Shown: piece by piece, positions 48,306-58,555 of the stretch
Layout: each line of letters begins with the position of its first letter
How positions within the stretch are numbered: the stretch's first letter is position 1
DNA from: Akkermansiaceae bacterium
GTDB lineage: Bacteria; Verrucomicrobiota; Verrucomicrobiia; Verrucomicrobiales; Akkermansiaceae
Assembly (NCBI GenBank): GCA_031431855.1
Contig: JANPEG010000067.1
Coordinates: 23,770-87,769 of the forward strand
Length of the DNA stretch: 64,000 nucleotides
Direction of reading: 5' to 3'
The notes under the pieces: generated by a model
Told to the model about the DNA's origin: nothing
Seen by the model: the letters and a program-made list of their open reading frames with translations, nothing else
Databases searched by the model: none
Position numbers and translations under genes: made by a program

Positions 48306-48914
48306 TCACTCCACAATCACGGGTGTCCCGACGGTCACGTTTTCGAAGAACTTTTCTGCCATGTGGTGGGGCATTCTAACGCAACCGTGCGATGCGGCGT
48401 AGCCTGGGAGGTAGCCGGTGTGCATTCCGATGGCGTTATTGAAGCGCATGAAATATGGCATGGGGGCATTGTAGAAGGCTTGGCCGGGGCCGACTTTATC
48501 TACGCGGATATCCGCGCTGTCATTAATGACAGCTCCGGTGGTCTTGTCTTTGATGACGCCGTAGAGAGTTGATTTGTGGTCTTTGTTTTTCTGGATGATT
48601 TTGTAATTGCCCGGAGGCGTGCCGGAATCTTCTTTTCCGGAGGAGATTTTTGAAACCCCAACGAGTTTGTTGCCCTTGTAAAAATAGGCTTTTTGATGAG
48701 TGCGATTGATCTTGATGACCGATGGGCCTTGCGTGTCATCGCCTTCCCAGTAAGAGACATCATCGGGAATAGCAGGCGCTGGAGTGCCGGGGCCACCGGA
48801 GGTGGGTCGATGGATTGGGCCACCGATGCCGGCGAGGTAATCGGAGCCTGGAGGTTTGGTATCCACGCAGGAAACGAGGAGGATCGTGCAGGCGAGTAGA
48901 TAAAAGTATTTCAT
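48306..48914 (-). CDS. L,D-transpeptidase (YkuD) lipoprotein
   Basis: Lipobox LVSC; TPPGNYKI, MPYFMRF and IGMHTG...ASHGCVRM (HxGC catalytic motif). Confidence 0.93.
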   Translation of the reverse strand: MKYFYLLACTILLVSCVDTKPPGSDYLAGIGGPIHRPTSGGPGTPAPAIPDDVSYWEGDDTQGPSVIKINRTHQKAYFYKGNKLVGVSKISSGKEDSGTPPGNYKIIQKNKDHKSTLYGVIKDKTTGAVINDSADIRVDKVGPGQAFYNAPMPYFMRFNNAIGMHTGYLPGYAASHGCVRMPHHMAEKFFENVTVGTPVIVE

Positions 48915-49015
48915 GAATGCGTAGTAATTAGACTGAATTGTGCGGATTTGCAAGCCCGTCGGTCGGGTAAGCGCGTAGCAAGAGTTGCGGAAACGGAAAA
49001 AATTCCATAAACCAT

Positions 49016-49750
49016 ATGTTCATGCAGGAAGAACTACTGGTATTGCCACCAAATTTTGAAATCGAACGCACGTTGCGGGAGCAGCTCAGCGGTCGGCCCG
49101 GCCACCAGCGCTGTGTGGTGGGGGAGGAAGAATTGTTGCTCGTGGTGCACGAAGTTCCGGAGGCGGGCATCCCAGAGCGTAAGGCAATATTTTTCTGGCG
49201 TCAGCGAAATGGAAAATGGCAGCAGCCCAGTGGGCCAGGGTTGAGTGATCTCAGTGGATTACTGGATCGCTATGCGAAAGCGATCGATGGTAACGAAGAG
49301 CAGTTAGAAAAAACCGAATCTACCGAACTCGTTTTCAAAATCCTTAGGCATGCTGGACCGCTCACGCGAAGCACACGAAACTTGGTCCATGCGCTCGAGG
49401 GCGCCCTCGCTGAAGAGCCCGAGGATCGTGAAATTATTTCCTTCCGCGACCGAGCTAGGGAGCTCGAACGGGCGGCTGAACTCCTGCAAAGTGATGCCCG
49501 GGAAACCCTGATTTTCTGGCAGGCGGAGGCTTCAGAGCAACACGCGAAAGCCTCGGATCGATTGGGGAGAATCCTTTTCAAGCTGAACCTCGTCACCGGC
49601 TTCTTCTTGCCTGTCGTCGCATTAGGAAGCTTGTTCGGCATGAATGTTAATTTGCCGGATTTTGTTCATGAATTATTTTGGCTGATCTTTGTGGGCGGTT
49701 TGGTTGTGGGGGGATTGCTGTTGTGGTTTGTGGCGCGGAACAATGATTAA
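49016..49750 (+). CDS. CorA-family divalent cation transporter (short form)
   Basis: C-terminal two TM segments with an FGMN motif. Confidence 0.75.
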   Translation: MFMQEELLVLPPNFEIERTLREQLSGRPGHQRCVVGEEELLLVVHEVPEAGIPERKAIFFWRQRNGKWQQPSGPGLSDLSGLLDRYAKAIDGNEEQLEKTESTELVFKILRHAGPLTRSTRNLVHALEGALAEEPEDREIISFRDRARELERAAELLQSDARETLIFWQAEASEQHAKASDRLGRILFKLNLVTGFFLPVVALGSLFGMNVNLPDFVHELFWLIFVGGLVVGGLLLWFVARNND

Positions 49751-49760
49751 GTTGTTAGAT

Positions 49761-50564
49761 ATGAAGAAACTTTTGGTGATAGGCGCCGGTTATTTAGGCG
49801 ATGAAATTTTGCGGCAATTCAAAGCTGCAGGATGGCAAACAATCGGTGCATCGCTGAGTGGTGGAGAAGATTTGATCGCCTGTGATGTGAGCGATCCGGA
49901 ATCGGTTGGCGCGCTTCCCGATGCGGATGCGATTATTCATTGTGCGGCATCGGGTCGCGGTGGTGAGGATGCCTACCGGAACGTTTATCTCAACGGCTGC
50001 GAAAATCTTGTCCGCCGATTTCCTCATTCCAAGATCGCTTTTACCTCCAGTAGTTCGGTTTACGCGCAACAGAATGGCGAGATGGTGTCAGAGGAATCCG
50101 AAACCATTCCTGATCGTGAGACGGGTAGGTTGTTGCTGGCTGCGGAAAAATGTGTGACCGATGCCGGCGGCGTGGTCGCAAGGCTGGCAGGAATTTACGG
50201 GCCGTACCGCAGTGTGTTGTTGAGTAAATTTAAAAGTGGCGAGGCGGTGATAGAGGAAGACGGCCGACGTTTCATCAATCAAATCCACCGCGATGATGCA
50301 GCCAGCGCGTTGCTGCACTTGTTTTCCCTATCAGAATTTCCGGCGAGTCAGGTTTTCAATGTCTGCGATTCGGAAAGCTTAACTCAGTTGGAGGTTTACC
50401 AAGGGCTTGCCGAAACATTTGGAAAAGATATGCCGCCCAGTGGACCCCGGGATTTGAATCGCAAACGCGGTTGGACCCACAAACAAGTTTCCAACGCCAA
50501 GCTCAGAGCAACTGGTTGGCAGCCGAAATATCCGTCGTTTCTGGATGCGGTGGAAAACTTATAG
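49761..50564 (+). CDS. NAD-dependent epimerase/dehydratase (SDR)
   Basis: LVIGAGYLG, FTSSSSVY and RLAGIYGP motifs. Confidence 0.88.
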   Translation: MKKLLVIGAGYLGDEILRQFKAAGWQTIGASLSGGEDLIACDVSDPESVGALPDADAIIHCAASGRGGEDAYRNVYLNGCENLVRRFPHSKIAFTSSSSVYAQQNGEMVSEESETIPDRETGRLLLAAEKCVTDAGGVVARLAGIYGPYRSVLLSKFKSGEAVIEEDGRRFINQIHRDDAASALLHLFSLSEFPASQVFNVCDSESLTQLEVYQGLAETFGKDMPPSGPRDLNRKRGWTHKQVSNAKLRATGWQPKYPSFLDAVENL

Positions 50565-51377
50565 CGTCCCGCTCCACGTCCAAAGATTAGCATCGAAATA
50601 TTTATGCGCGGTGTGGATCAAGCCTTCCGCGCGACCTTTGGGGCGGAGGATGGCGATGATGGTTGAGCCGGACCCGGACATCAACACGGCTTTGGTATCG
50701 CGGCGGTTTTGCAACCAGTCTTTGAGTTCGGCGAGGTAGCGATGTTTGGCGAAAACGGTTTTTTCCAGATCGTTAACTAACTCCAGGCCGGCGTAGCGAT
50801 AGCTGTCGTAGCGGATGCCTGGAAGGGGTTCGGCATTCAAACAATTCTTATAAGCATCCGCGGTGGAGACGCTGAAGCCGGGTTTGAACAAAACGATGGG
50901 AAGATCCGGCGGGGTGGGGGCGGCTTCGATGATTTCACCACGGCCTCTGCACCAAGCTGCACCGGCGTAGAGAAAAAACGGAACGTCCGATCCTATCCCT
51001 GCCGCCAACTGATGGAGTTCGTCCATGGGCAGGGGATTTTCCAGCTGACCGTTCAGGGCTAACAGGACCGTCGCAGCATTGCTTGATCCGCCACCGAGTC
51101 CCGCACCGTGCGGTATGCGTTTTTCTAGATGGATATGGTAAGGCTGGGGTTGTCCGGATTTTTCAGCCAGAGCTTCGACCGCTTTCACCACGAGGTTTCG
51201 TGAATCGGTTGGTAAACTTGGATCCGAGCAAGTGAAGGAAAAGGTATCTGAGGGAAGAATGGTGATTTCATCCGCCAAGCCAGGAAGTTTGACCATCAAG
51301 GTTTCGATGTCATGAAAACCATCGGAACGTTTTGAAAGAACGCGGAGGGAGAGATTGAGTTTAGCAGGTGAGAGCAC
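50559..51377 (-). CDS. ispE: 4-diphosphocytidyl-2C-methyl-D-erythritol kinase
   Basis: SPAKLNLSL, KRIPHGAGLGGGSS, IGSDVPFF and MSGSG motifs. Confidence 0.95.
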   Translation of the reverse strand: MLSPAKLNLSLRVLSKRSDGFHDIETLMVKLPGLADEITILPSDTFSFTCSDPSLPTDSRNLVVKAVEALAEKSGQPQPYHIHLEKRIPHGAGLGGGSSNAATVLLALNGQLENPLPMDELHQLAAGIGSDVPFFLYAGAAWCRGRGEIIEAAPTPPDLPIVLFKPGFSVSTADAYKNCLNAEPLPGIRYDSYRYAGLELVNDLEKTVFAKHRYLAELKDWLQNRRDTKAVLMSGSGSTIIAILRPKGRAEGLIHTAHKYFDANLWTWSGTL

Positions 51378-51400
51378 GTTGGGTTGTGGTAGATGAAATT

Positions 51401-52060
51401 TTAGCGAAGCGCAAGCAGCGCGAGCATCCGACCTGTTTGGCCTTTTTCGATCCGATACGAGTAATGCACTGTCAGGTCCGAGGCGGTGTTCTGGCAGCTA
51501 TCGTGAAACTGCACAATTCCTAACTCGCTCGCCTGCAGGCGAATCGTCGCTGCGAAATCGATATCGTAATCCGGCGGGCGGATACATGGCGAAACCACGC
51601 AGACGAGATCGCTTGGACGCGTGCCATAAAGCTCAGTCATCTGCATAACCGCTTCACGCAGGATATTTCCTTCGGTGCCTTTTTTCCCGGAATGTAACAA
51701 CCCGATCGAACGCGTCACGGGATCGGCTAAATAGATCGCGGCGCAGTCTGCGACGTAAATGGCCAGCAGTTGGCCGGGCAAATTCGTGATCAAGCCATCC
51801 ACTCCGGCATGTTGGATGATGGACAGTTCTGAAATTTCCGTGATCGCGGCGATTTGATTGCCATGGATCTGCTCAGCGTGGTGGCGGGTGAAAATTTCCG
51901 GAAACGCCTCGGCAATCCAGCGGTCGTGATGCGGCGCGAGATTGCTCAATGCGAACTCACGATCGCCCAAAACGTCCACGCCTACCTGCCTTGGAATCCA
52001 AGATGCTTGAAATCCTGACAACTCAAGTAGCGGGTCTATAAAAGAAAACACCTCCGTCAC
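51401..52060 (-). CDS. pgeF: YfiH/PgeF-family (laccase-domain) protein
   Basis: EQIHG, DGLIT, VADCAAIYL and LLHSG motifs. Confidence 0.8.
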   Translation of the reverse strand: MTEVFSFIDPLLELSGFQASWIPRQVGVDVLGDREFALSNLAPHHDRWIAEAFPEIFTRHHAEQIHGNQIAAITEISELSIIQHAGVDGLITNLPGQLLAIYVADCAAIYLADPVTRSIGLLHSGKKGTEGNILREAVMQMTELYGTRPSDLVCVVSPCIRPPDYDIDFAATIRLQASELGIVQFHDSCQNTASDLTVHYSYRIEKGQTGRMLALLALR

Positions 52061-52123
52061 GACCGAGATCGTAACGGAGGCACATCGAATTCGCCAAGCG
52101 GGTTTCGCTCGGCACAGGTAAAA

Positions 52124-52585
52124 TTAAATGAGAGTGCGATTTTTCAGAGCGCGATGCGTGTGTTCCACGGTTTCCGCCTCATCTTCATCCATACCGGCAA
52201 GGATTCCTGCGAGATCGATCGCAATTTCCTTGCGCATTCTGGATACGAGCTCGACTCCTTTGGTGGTGATGCGAACCATGATTTTACGACGATCTTCCGC
52301 CGCATTCACGCGCTCGACATAACCGAGTTTTTCCAAGCGATCGACCAAACCGGTGGCGGCTGCGGTCGAGTGGCCCATTTTTTTCGCGATATCGGACATT
52401 GTCAGGTATTCTTCGCTAGATAAATAGGTGAGTAAGAAGAACTGAGAGAAGGAAACGTTTCCTTTGTTCAGTTCTCCAGATAGGTTGAGAATGCAGCTGC
52501 GCTGGGTGAAGAGCACGAAGTCTGCGAGGCGATCAGCGTCAGCTTTCGCCACGGTGCTGCTTGCACCAGGTGAGGTATTTTTCAT
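52124..52585 (-). CDS. MarR-family transcriptional regulator
   Basis: TGLVDRLEKLGYVER...EDRRKIMVRIT.KG winged-helix pattern. Confidence 0.9.
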   Translation of the reverse strand: MKNTSPGASSTVAKADADRLADFVLFTQRSCILNLSGELNKGNVSFSQFFLLTYLSSEEYLTMSDIAKKMGHSTAAATGLVDRLEKLGYVERVNAAEDRRKIMVRITTKGVELVSRMRKEIAIDLAGILAGMDEDEAETVEHTHRALKNRTLI

Positions 52586-52818
52586 GTTGGCTGGTTGTAT
52601 GGTTCATGTTGGGACATGGAAGAACCTCCTCGTTTTATGGAAATTCCAAGCTCATCTGACTTTCATCAGCGAAGCTTGGTGGGACTATTTCAAAAAAAAC
52701 TCAGAAATCCTTAGGACTTCGCTAAATTATTTAAAATTTCTTGAATGGGAAGCCTGAAATTCGACAAAAGTTAATAAATTACTCATCCGTAAGGAAAATC
52801 CTTTAAAAATAAAGAGGT

Positions 52819-53643
52819 TTACCCAAGCGAATCCGAGTCCATCGGCGGATCAAGTCGCCATTTGGCCACTTTCAGATACTCCTCATCCAGCTCGATTCCT
52901 GTGAAATGGGAGATATTTTGAGATATTGCGGCTAAAGCCGACGAACCGATCCCTAAAAATGGGTCCAACAGGTTGGTGGCCTCTGCTTTTCCGTGGATTT
53001 TGATGCATTGTTCGGCCAAGGCGACGGGAAAAGTCGCGGGGTGGGGGCGTTCGCCTTTACGGGATTGGATGGTTTCGTAGGGGATGAACCAAGTATTTCC
53101 CCGGCAGCGCAGATCCTGACCTTCCGTGTGACCCCAACGGGCGATGTTGGATTTATAAACGTAGGGTACGCCAGCTGCGCGTCGGTCTAGTGGGACGTCA
53201 CCGGATTTCGTGAGATGAAAAACGTATTCATGGCAGTCGTTGACGTAGCGCTTGGAATTGATCGGTTTGAAATGCCCTGCGGAAATTGGCTCGCCGCTAG
53301 CTGGAGTGATGGTGATCGATTTTACCCAATGAAACGTATTTTGCAGAACAAACAATGGCTCCGGTCCATAGGTCAGAGCGAGGACGAGTTGATGGGGGAG
53401 AAGAGGATTCGATGGTGCGGCACCGATGTTGAGAAAAAACGACGCGTCGTCTTTCATCACGCGCTTCACTTCGGCTGCCCAAGCTTTGCACCAAGCGAGA
53501 AATTCATCGCGCGGCGCGGTGTCTTTGAATGAAGCATAGTTGATCCCGAGATTGTAAGGCGGTGAGGTCATCACGAGATCGAAGGACTTCTCCTTCAGCG
53601 TGGGGAGGATCTTTAAACAATCGCCATGGTGAAGCTCGATCAT
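52819..53643 (-). CDS. Beta-class DNA methyltransferase (N4-C/N6-A), orphan
   Basis: TSPPYN motif IV precedes HPATFP and DPFLGIGSS motif I. Confidence 0.9.
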   Translation of the reverse strand: MIELHHGDCLKILPTLKEKSFDLVMTSPPYNLGINYASFKDTAPRDEFLAWCKAWAAEVKRVMKDDASFFLNIGAAPSNPLLPHQLVLALTYGPEPLFVLQNTFHWVKSITITPASGEPISAGHFKPINSKRYVNDCHEYVFHLTKSGDVPLDRRAAGVPYVYKSNIARWGHTEGQDLRCRGNTWFIPYETIQSRKGERPHPATFPVALAEQCIKIHGKAEATNLLDPFLGIGSSALAAISQNISHFTGIELDEEYLKVAKWRLDPPMDSDSLG

Positions 53644-53645
53644 GT

Positions 53646-54722
53646 TTACCCGCGCAAATGCTCAATCGCTGCCACCAAATCATCGCTCGTTACGGTCTCA
53701 ATGACCTGTGCTTCTCCGATTGCGGAAAGCGTGACGAAACGGATTTTTCCCGATTTGAATTTCTTATCGCGGGTCAATTTTTCCATCACGGTTTCTGTTG
53801 CGATGCTTGGTGAGAGTTTCAACGGCAGGCGGAAATGCCCGAGTAGTTCGAGGATTTTGGCGGAAGCTTCCTGACTCAGCTCGGAATGCTTTTCGGAAAT
53901 TACTAACGCAGCCCGTATCCCCAGCGCGATGGCCTCGCCATGCAGCATTTGGCCATAAGGCAACGAAGCCTCAATGCCGTGCCCTATCGTGTGGCCGAAG
54001 TTTAACAGAGCGCGGATGTCTTTGGTTTCATACTCATCCGCCTCAACGATGCGTGCTTTGATCGCGATGTTGCGCGCCAATAACTCCGCCGGAACTTCGC
54101 GTTTCTCAGGATCAATGGCCAAAAGATCTTCCAACATCGCCGCGTCGCGGATCGCCGCATGTTTGATCGCTTCGGCAAATCCTTCGTGAAACTCACGCGC
54201 CGGCAATGTCTTCAAGGTCTCGGGATCGACGATGACCAGTTTCGGTTGGTGAAACGCTCCCAATAGGTTTTTACCTTCCGCTACATTCACTCCGGTTTTT
54301 CCACCGACTGATGAATCGACCTGGGAAACAATCGTGGTGGGAATCTGGACGAAAGGAATTCCGCGGTAGAAAATCGATGCGACGAATCCCGCTAGATCGC
54401 CGACCACTCCGCCGCCTAGTGCGATGATGATGGAGCGTCGATCGTGACCCGCACGAATCATCTCACGGCAAAGCGCCTCCGCATGGGAAAGCGATTTTGA
54501 ACCCTCGCCCGCCGGAACCGTGTGTAAGGTTGGTGGGTTTTCGGTGAAACTTGAGATCACCGTCTGCGCGTGGTGTGCGGCAACCGTTTCGTCGGAAATG
54601 ATCGCCGGCCGCAGATGCGAAAGCCCCTGCTGCTTCAGCATTTCAGCAACAGAAGACAACAAGCCATTTTCAACAATGACTGGATAAGAACGATCGCCGA
54701 GTGCGACTTGGACGGTGGGCAT
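53646..54722 (-). CDS. aroB: 3-dehydroquinate synthase
   Basis: GGGVVGDLAGF, QVDSSVGGKTG, LNFGHT and LHGEA motifs. Confidence 0.96.
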   Translation of the reverse strand: MPTVQVALGDRSYPVIVENGLLSSVAEMLKQQGLSHLRPAIISDETVAAHHAQTVISSFTENPPTLHTVPAGEGSKSLSHAEALCREMIRAGHDRRSIIIALGGGVVGDLAGFVASIFYRGIPFVQIPTTIVSQVDSSVGGKTGVNVAEGKNLLGAFHQPKLVIVDPETLKTLPAREFHEGFAEAIKHAAIRDAAMLEDLLAIDPEKREVPAELLARNIAIKARIVEADEYETKDIRALLNFGHTIGHGIEASLPYGQMLHGEAIALGIRAALVISEKHSELSQEASAKILELLGHFRLPLKLSPSIATETVMEKLTRDKKFKSGKIRFVTLSAIGEAQVIETVTSDDLVAAIEHLRG

Positions 54723-55028
54723 GTGGGAGGTTTAAGTATAAATCATCAATTAGGAAACTCCGAATTGGAGAGTTCGCAAAATCGATTCCTGTCATCTCTT
54801 CGGGATAAGGACGCGTTGATTAGCTCACAACAAAACTAACCCAGAAATTTCTCAACCCAGCCCTCCTCTCCTCCGTTTCCTCTCTTCCCTCCATGTAAAA
54901 TATGCCTGCAACACCCTCCACGCTCACCAAACTTTTCCCGATTATTCCGAAATAATGTTTGCTTATTCGTCCCCGAGAATGCAGGTTTTCCTTGAAACCT
55001 GACAAAGAAAGGTAAATTACTAAGGATT

Positions 55029-56795
55029 ATGCTTCCCGAGAGTTCCCCGTTTTCCCCAGACCAGCGCAAGTCGTTGGATTCGCTACTTGCTGGCTTTGAT
55101 GCGCTTCAGCGCGGATGGCTCAGTGGATTCCTTGCTGCGCAGTCATCTGCTGTTGCTCCTGTCGCCGCTCCCGCAGCTGCTGGTAAATTGACCGTGCTTT
55201 ACGGCACCGAAAGCGGAAACGCCGAGCAACTCGCCGATCGCGCCGTCAAAGAAGCCAAGAAAAAAGGTTTCAAGGCAGTGATGAAAAACATGTCGGACAT
55301 TTCTCCTGCTGATCTCGCGAAAGTCGATAACCTTCTCGTGATTGTCTCCACATGGGGCGATGGCGAAGCACCCGAAACCGCAGTGAGTTTCCACAAAGCG
55401 TTCATGTCCGAGGATGTGAAACTCGCCGGCGTGAAATTCTCTGTCTGCGGACTTGGCGATACTTCTTACGAAAAATTCTGTGAGATCGGTAAGCAGTTCG
55501 ATGCTCGTTTGGAAGTGTTAGGCGCGACCCGCGTTGCACCTCGCGCGGATTGTGATGTCGATTTCGAAGACACTTATTCTGAGTGGTTTGCAACAGCGCT
55601 CAAAGCGATCACTCCTGCCACTGTCGCCGCTGCCCCAGCTGCTTATGAATATACAGCTCCGACCAGCACGGAGTTCGGAAAGAAAAATCCGTTTCCATCT
55701 GAAGTGATCGATAACGTCCTGCTGAACGGCGAAGGTTCCGCAAAGGAAACCATTCACGTTGAACTATCTCTAACAGGCAGCGGCTTGCAATACGAACCCG
55801 GCGATGCGCTCGCCGTGCAGCCGACAAATTGCCCGAGCATGGTGAAAGACATCATCAACGCCGCGCAACTCATCGGCACCGAGGAAATCGAAGTTAAAGG
55901 CGTGGGCAAAAAACTTTTGGCGGATGCGTTACGAGAAGATTTCGATATCACCGCGCTGTCCAAAGCCGTGCTCAAAAAACTCGCCGAAGCAACGAGCTCT
56001 GCAATGCTCATCGCGCTACTCGAAGAAGAAGCCAAAGACCAACTCCGCGAATACATCGACGGTCGCGAAATCATCGATGCGATCATCGACTTCGCGCCCA
56101 ACGGCTTATCTGCCGAGGCCCTTTGCGGAATTTTCCGCAAGCTTCCGATCCGTCTCTATTCGATCGCTTCCAGCCCGCTTGCGCATCCCGATGAAGTTCA
56201 CCTCACCGTCGCGGCTGTGAGATACGAAACTCATGGTAGAACCCGCAAGGGCGTTTGCTCCACCTATCTTTCCGACACCGCGAAGATCGGTGAAAACGTT
56301 TCGGTGTTCGTTCAGCCTAACAAAAACTTCCGCCTTCCTGCTGATGACAACACGCCCATCATCATGGTCGGTCCCGGCACTGGAGTGGCTCCTTTCCGTT
56401 CCTTCGTCGAGCATCGCGCCGCCACTGGAGCGCCGGGTAAGAGCTGGTTATTCTTCGGCGACCAACGCTACACCTACGATTTTCTCTACCAACTCGAATG
56501 GCAGGATTTCCTGAAAAACAAACAGCTCACCAAGCTCGACCTCGCCTTCTCGCGTGATCAACCCGAGAAAGTTTACGTCCAAGACAAAATGGTCGAGCAA
56601 GGCGCTGAGATCTACGCATGGCTTGAGCAAGGCGCGCATTTCTATGTCTGCGGTGACGCCAGCCGCATGGCCGCTGATGTTCACGAAGCACTCATTTCCA
56701 TCGTAGTAAACCAAGGCGCAAAATCCCGCGAACAAGCGGAGGAATACGTTGAAAATTTAAAGAAAGCAAAGCGTTACCAGCGCGACGTTTATTGA
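55029..56795 (+). CDS. cysJ: Sulfite reductase flavoprotein
   Basis: Flavodoxin motifs YGTESGNA and STWGDG; RLYSIAS, GPGTGVAPF and YQRDVY. Confidence 0.95.
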   Translation: MLPESSPFSPDQRKSLDSLLAGFDALQRGWLSGFLAAQSSAVAPVAAPAAAGKLTVLYGTESGNAEQLADRAVKEAKKKGFKAVMKNMSDISPADLAKVDNLLVIVSTWGDGEAPETAVSFHKAFMSEDVKLAGVKFSVCGLGDTSYEKFCEIGKQFDARLEVLGATRVAPRADCDVDFEDTYSEWFATALKAITPATVAAAPAAYEYTAPTSTEFGKKNPFPSEVIDNVLLNGEGSAKETIHVELSLTGSGLQYEPGDALAVQPTNCPSMVKDIINAAQLIGTEEIEVKGVGKKLLADALREDFDITALSKAVLKKLAEATSSAMLIALLEEEAKDQLREYIDGREIIDAIIDFAPNGLSAEALCGIFRKLPIRLYSIASSPLAHPDEVHLTVAAVRYETHGRTRKGVCSTYLSDTAKIGENVSVFVQPNKNFRLPADDNTPIIMVGPGTGVAPFRSFVEHRAATGAPGKSWLFFGDQRYTYDFLYQLEWQDFLKNKQLTKLDLAFSRDQPEKVYVQDKMVEQGAEIYAWLEQGAHFYVCGDASRMAADVHEALISIVVNQGAKSREQAEEYVENLKKAKRYQRDVY

Positions 56796-56825
56796 ACTTA
56801 AAAAATCTAACAAAGGACTTTTATC

Positions 56826-58541
56826 ATGGCTGAAGAAAAATTAGCAGCGAACGAATACATCAAAATCCGTAGTAATTATCTACGCGGAACGATCCAGGAA
56901 GGTCTTGCTGACTTGTCTACTGGCTCGATGAGCGAGGATGATCAGCAGTTGCTGAAATTCCACGGCACTTACCAGCAAGACGATCGCGATCTGCGCCCGA
57001 ACCGTCGTAAGCATAAATTGGATAAGGCTTACTCGTTCATGATCCGCATCCGCGTTCCGGGTGGTGTCGCGACTCCGCATCAATGGCTCGAAACCGACCG
57101 CATGGCCACTCAGTTTGCCAACGGCACCATCAAGCTCACCACCCGCCAAGCGTTCCAATTCCACGGCATTATCAAGTCGAACTTGAAAAGAACCATCGCT
57201 GAAATCAACCAAACTGCGATGGATACGATCGCGGCTTGCGGCGATGTGAACCGCAACGTGATGTGCAATCCGAATCCTTATCTTACCTCGGTTCACGCAG
57301 AAGTGCTGAAAGTTTCCCAACAGATTTCCGACCACCTCACTCCACAAACGCGTGCCTATCACGAGATCTGGTTAGATGGTGAAAAGGTCGAATCCAGCGA
57401 AGAAGAGATCGAGCCGATCTACGGCAAAACTTATCTTCCACGCAAATTCAAGATCACGATCGCGGTGCCGCCATCCAACGATGTCGATATCTACGCGAAC
57501 TGCCTGTCTTTCATTGCTATCGTAGAGAATGAAAAACTTGTTGGTTTCAACGTCGCTGTCGGCGGCGGTATGGGCATGACCCACGGTTCCGAGGAAACCT
57601 ATCCTCGCCTCGCGGATGTCATCGGTTTCTGCACGGTCGAGCAAGTCAACGACGTCGCTGAAAAAGTGGTTCTCGTGCAGCGCGATTTCGGTTGCCGCAC
57701 GGAGCGCAAACATGCGCGTTTGAAATACACCGTGGACGATCACGGCCCCGATTGGTTCCTTGAAAAACTCAACGAATACCTCGGTTACAAACTCGGTCCG
57801 GTCCGCGAATTCAAATTCGAGGACAACGGCGATCGCTACGGTTGGGTCGAAGGCGTGAATGGAAAATTCAACCTCACCCTTTTCATCCAAGGTGGTCGCG
57901 TGCTCGATACTCCTAGTTACCCAATGCGTACCGGTCTGCGTGAAATCGCGAAAATTCATGACGGTGACTTCCGCCTCACTGCGAACCAAAACCTGATGAT
58001 CGCCAACGTTTCTCCAGAGAAGCGTCCGGAGATCGAAAAGCTTCTCGAACAATACGGGATCAAAGACAGCCACTTGAAAAGTGCCCTGCGTTTGAACTCG
58101 CTCGCCTGTGTTGCGTTACCGACTTGTGCGCTCTCCCTCGCTGAGGCGGAACGTTACTTGCCTGAACTTCTAACTGAACTCGAAGAAGTCATCGAAGAAG
58201 CCGGCCTCCGCCACGACGCGATCACCATCCGTATGACCGGCTGCCCGAACGGTTGCGCGCGTCCTTACATTTCCGAGATTGGTTTTGTGGGTCGCTCACC
58301 CGGCTGTTACAACGTCTACCTAGGCGGTGGCTTTGCGGGGCAGAGACTCTCGAAAATGTATCGTGAGAATTTCCCAGGTAACGAAGTCAAAACTTTACTT
58401 GGCCCAATCATCAAACACTACGCGAAAGAGCGTAGTGAAGGTGAACGTTTTGGCGATTTCTGCATCCGTGCAGGCTACGTCGCCGCAACCGAGCAAGGCA
58501 AAGATTTCCACAAGAATATCAAAGAAGAAGCCCGCGTCTAA
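56826..58541 (+). CDS. cysI: Sulfite reductase hemoprotein
   Basis: [18 protein letters not shown] and MTGCPNGC motifs. Confidence 0.96.
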   Translation: MAEEKLAANEYIKIRSNYLRGTIQEGLADLSTGSMSEDDQQLLKFHGTYQQDDRDLRPNRRKHKLDKAYSFMIRIRVPGGVATPHQWLETDRMATQFANGTIKLTTRQAFQFHGIIKSNLKRTIAEINQTAMDTIAACGDVNRNVMCNPNPYLTSVHAEVLKVSQQISDHLTPQTRAYHEIWLDGEKVESSEEEIEPIYGKTYLPRKFKITIAVPPSNDVDIYANCLSFIAIVENEKLVGFNVAVGGGMGMTHGSEETYPRLADVIGFCTVEQVNDVAEKVVLVQRDFGCRTERKHARLKYTVDDHGPDWFLEKLNEYLGYKLGPVREFKFEDNGDRYGWVEGVNGKFNLTLFIQGGRVLDTPSYPMRTGLREIAKIHDGDFRLTANQNLMIANVSPEKRPEIEKLLEQYGIKDSHLKSALRLNSLACVALPTCALSLAEAERYLPELLTELEEVIEEAGLRHDAITIRMTGCPNGCARPYISEIGFVGRSPGCYNVYLGGGFAGQRLSKMYRENFPGNEVKTLLGPIIKHYAKERSEGERFGDFCIRAGYVAATEQGKDFHKNIKEEARV

Positions 58542-58555
58542 ATCACAGATCCACA

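Noticed and set aside
54997-55022. Rrf2/IscR-like half-site (AAACCTGAC) upstream of cysJ
   Set aside because: Only one half matches and the palindrome is poor, so it cannot be supported.
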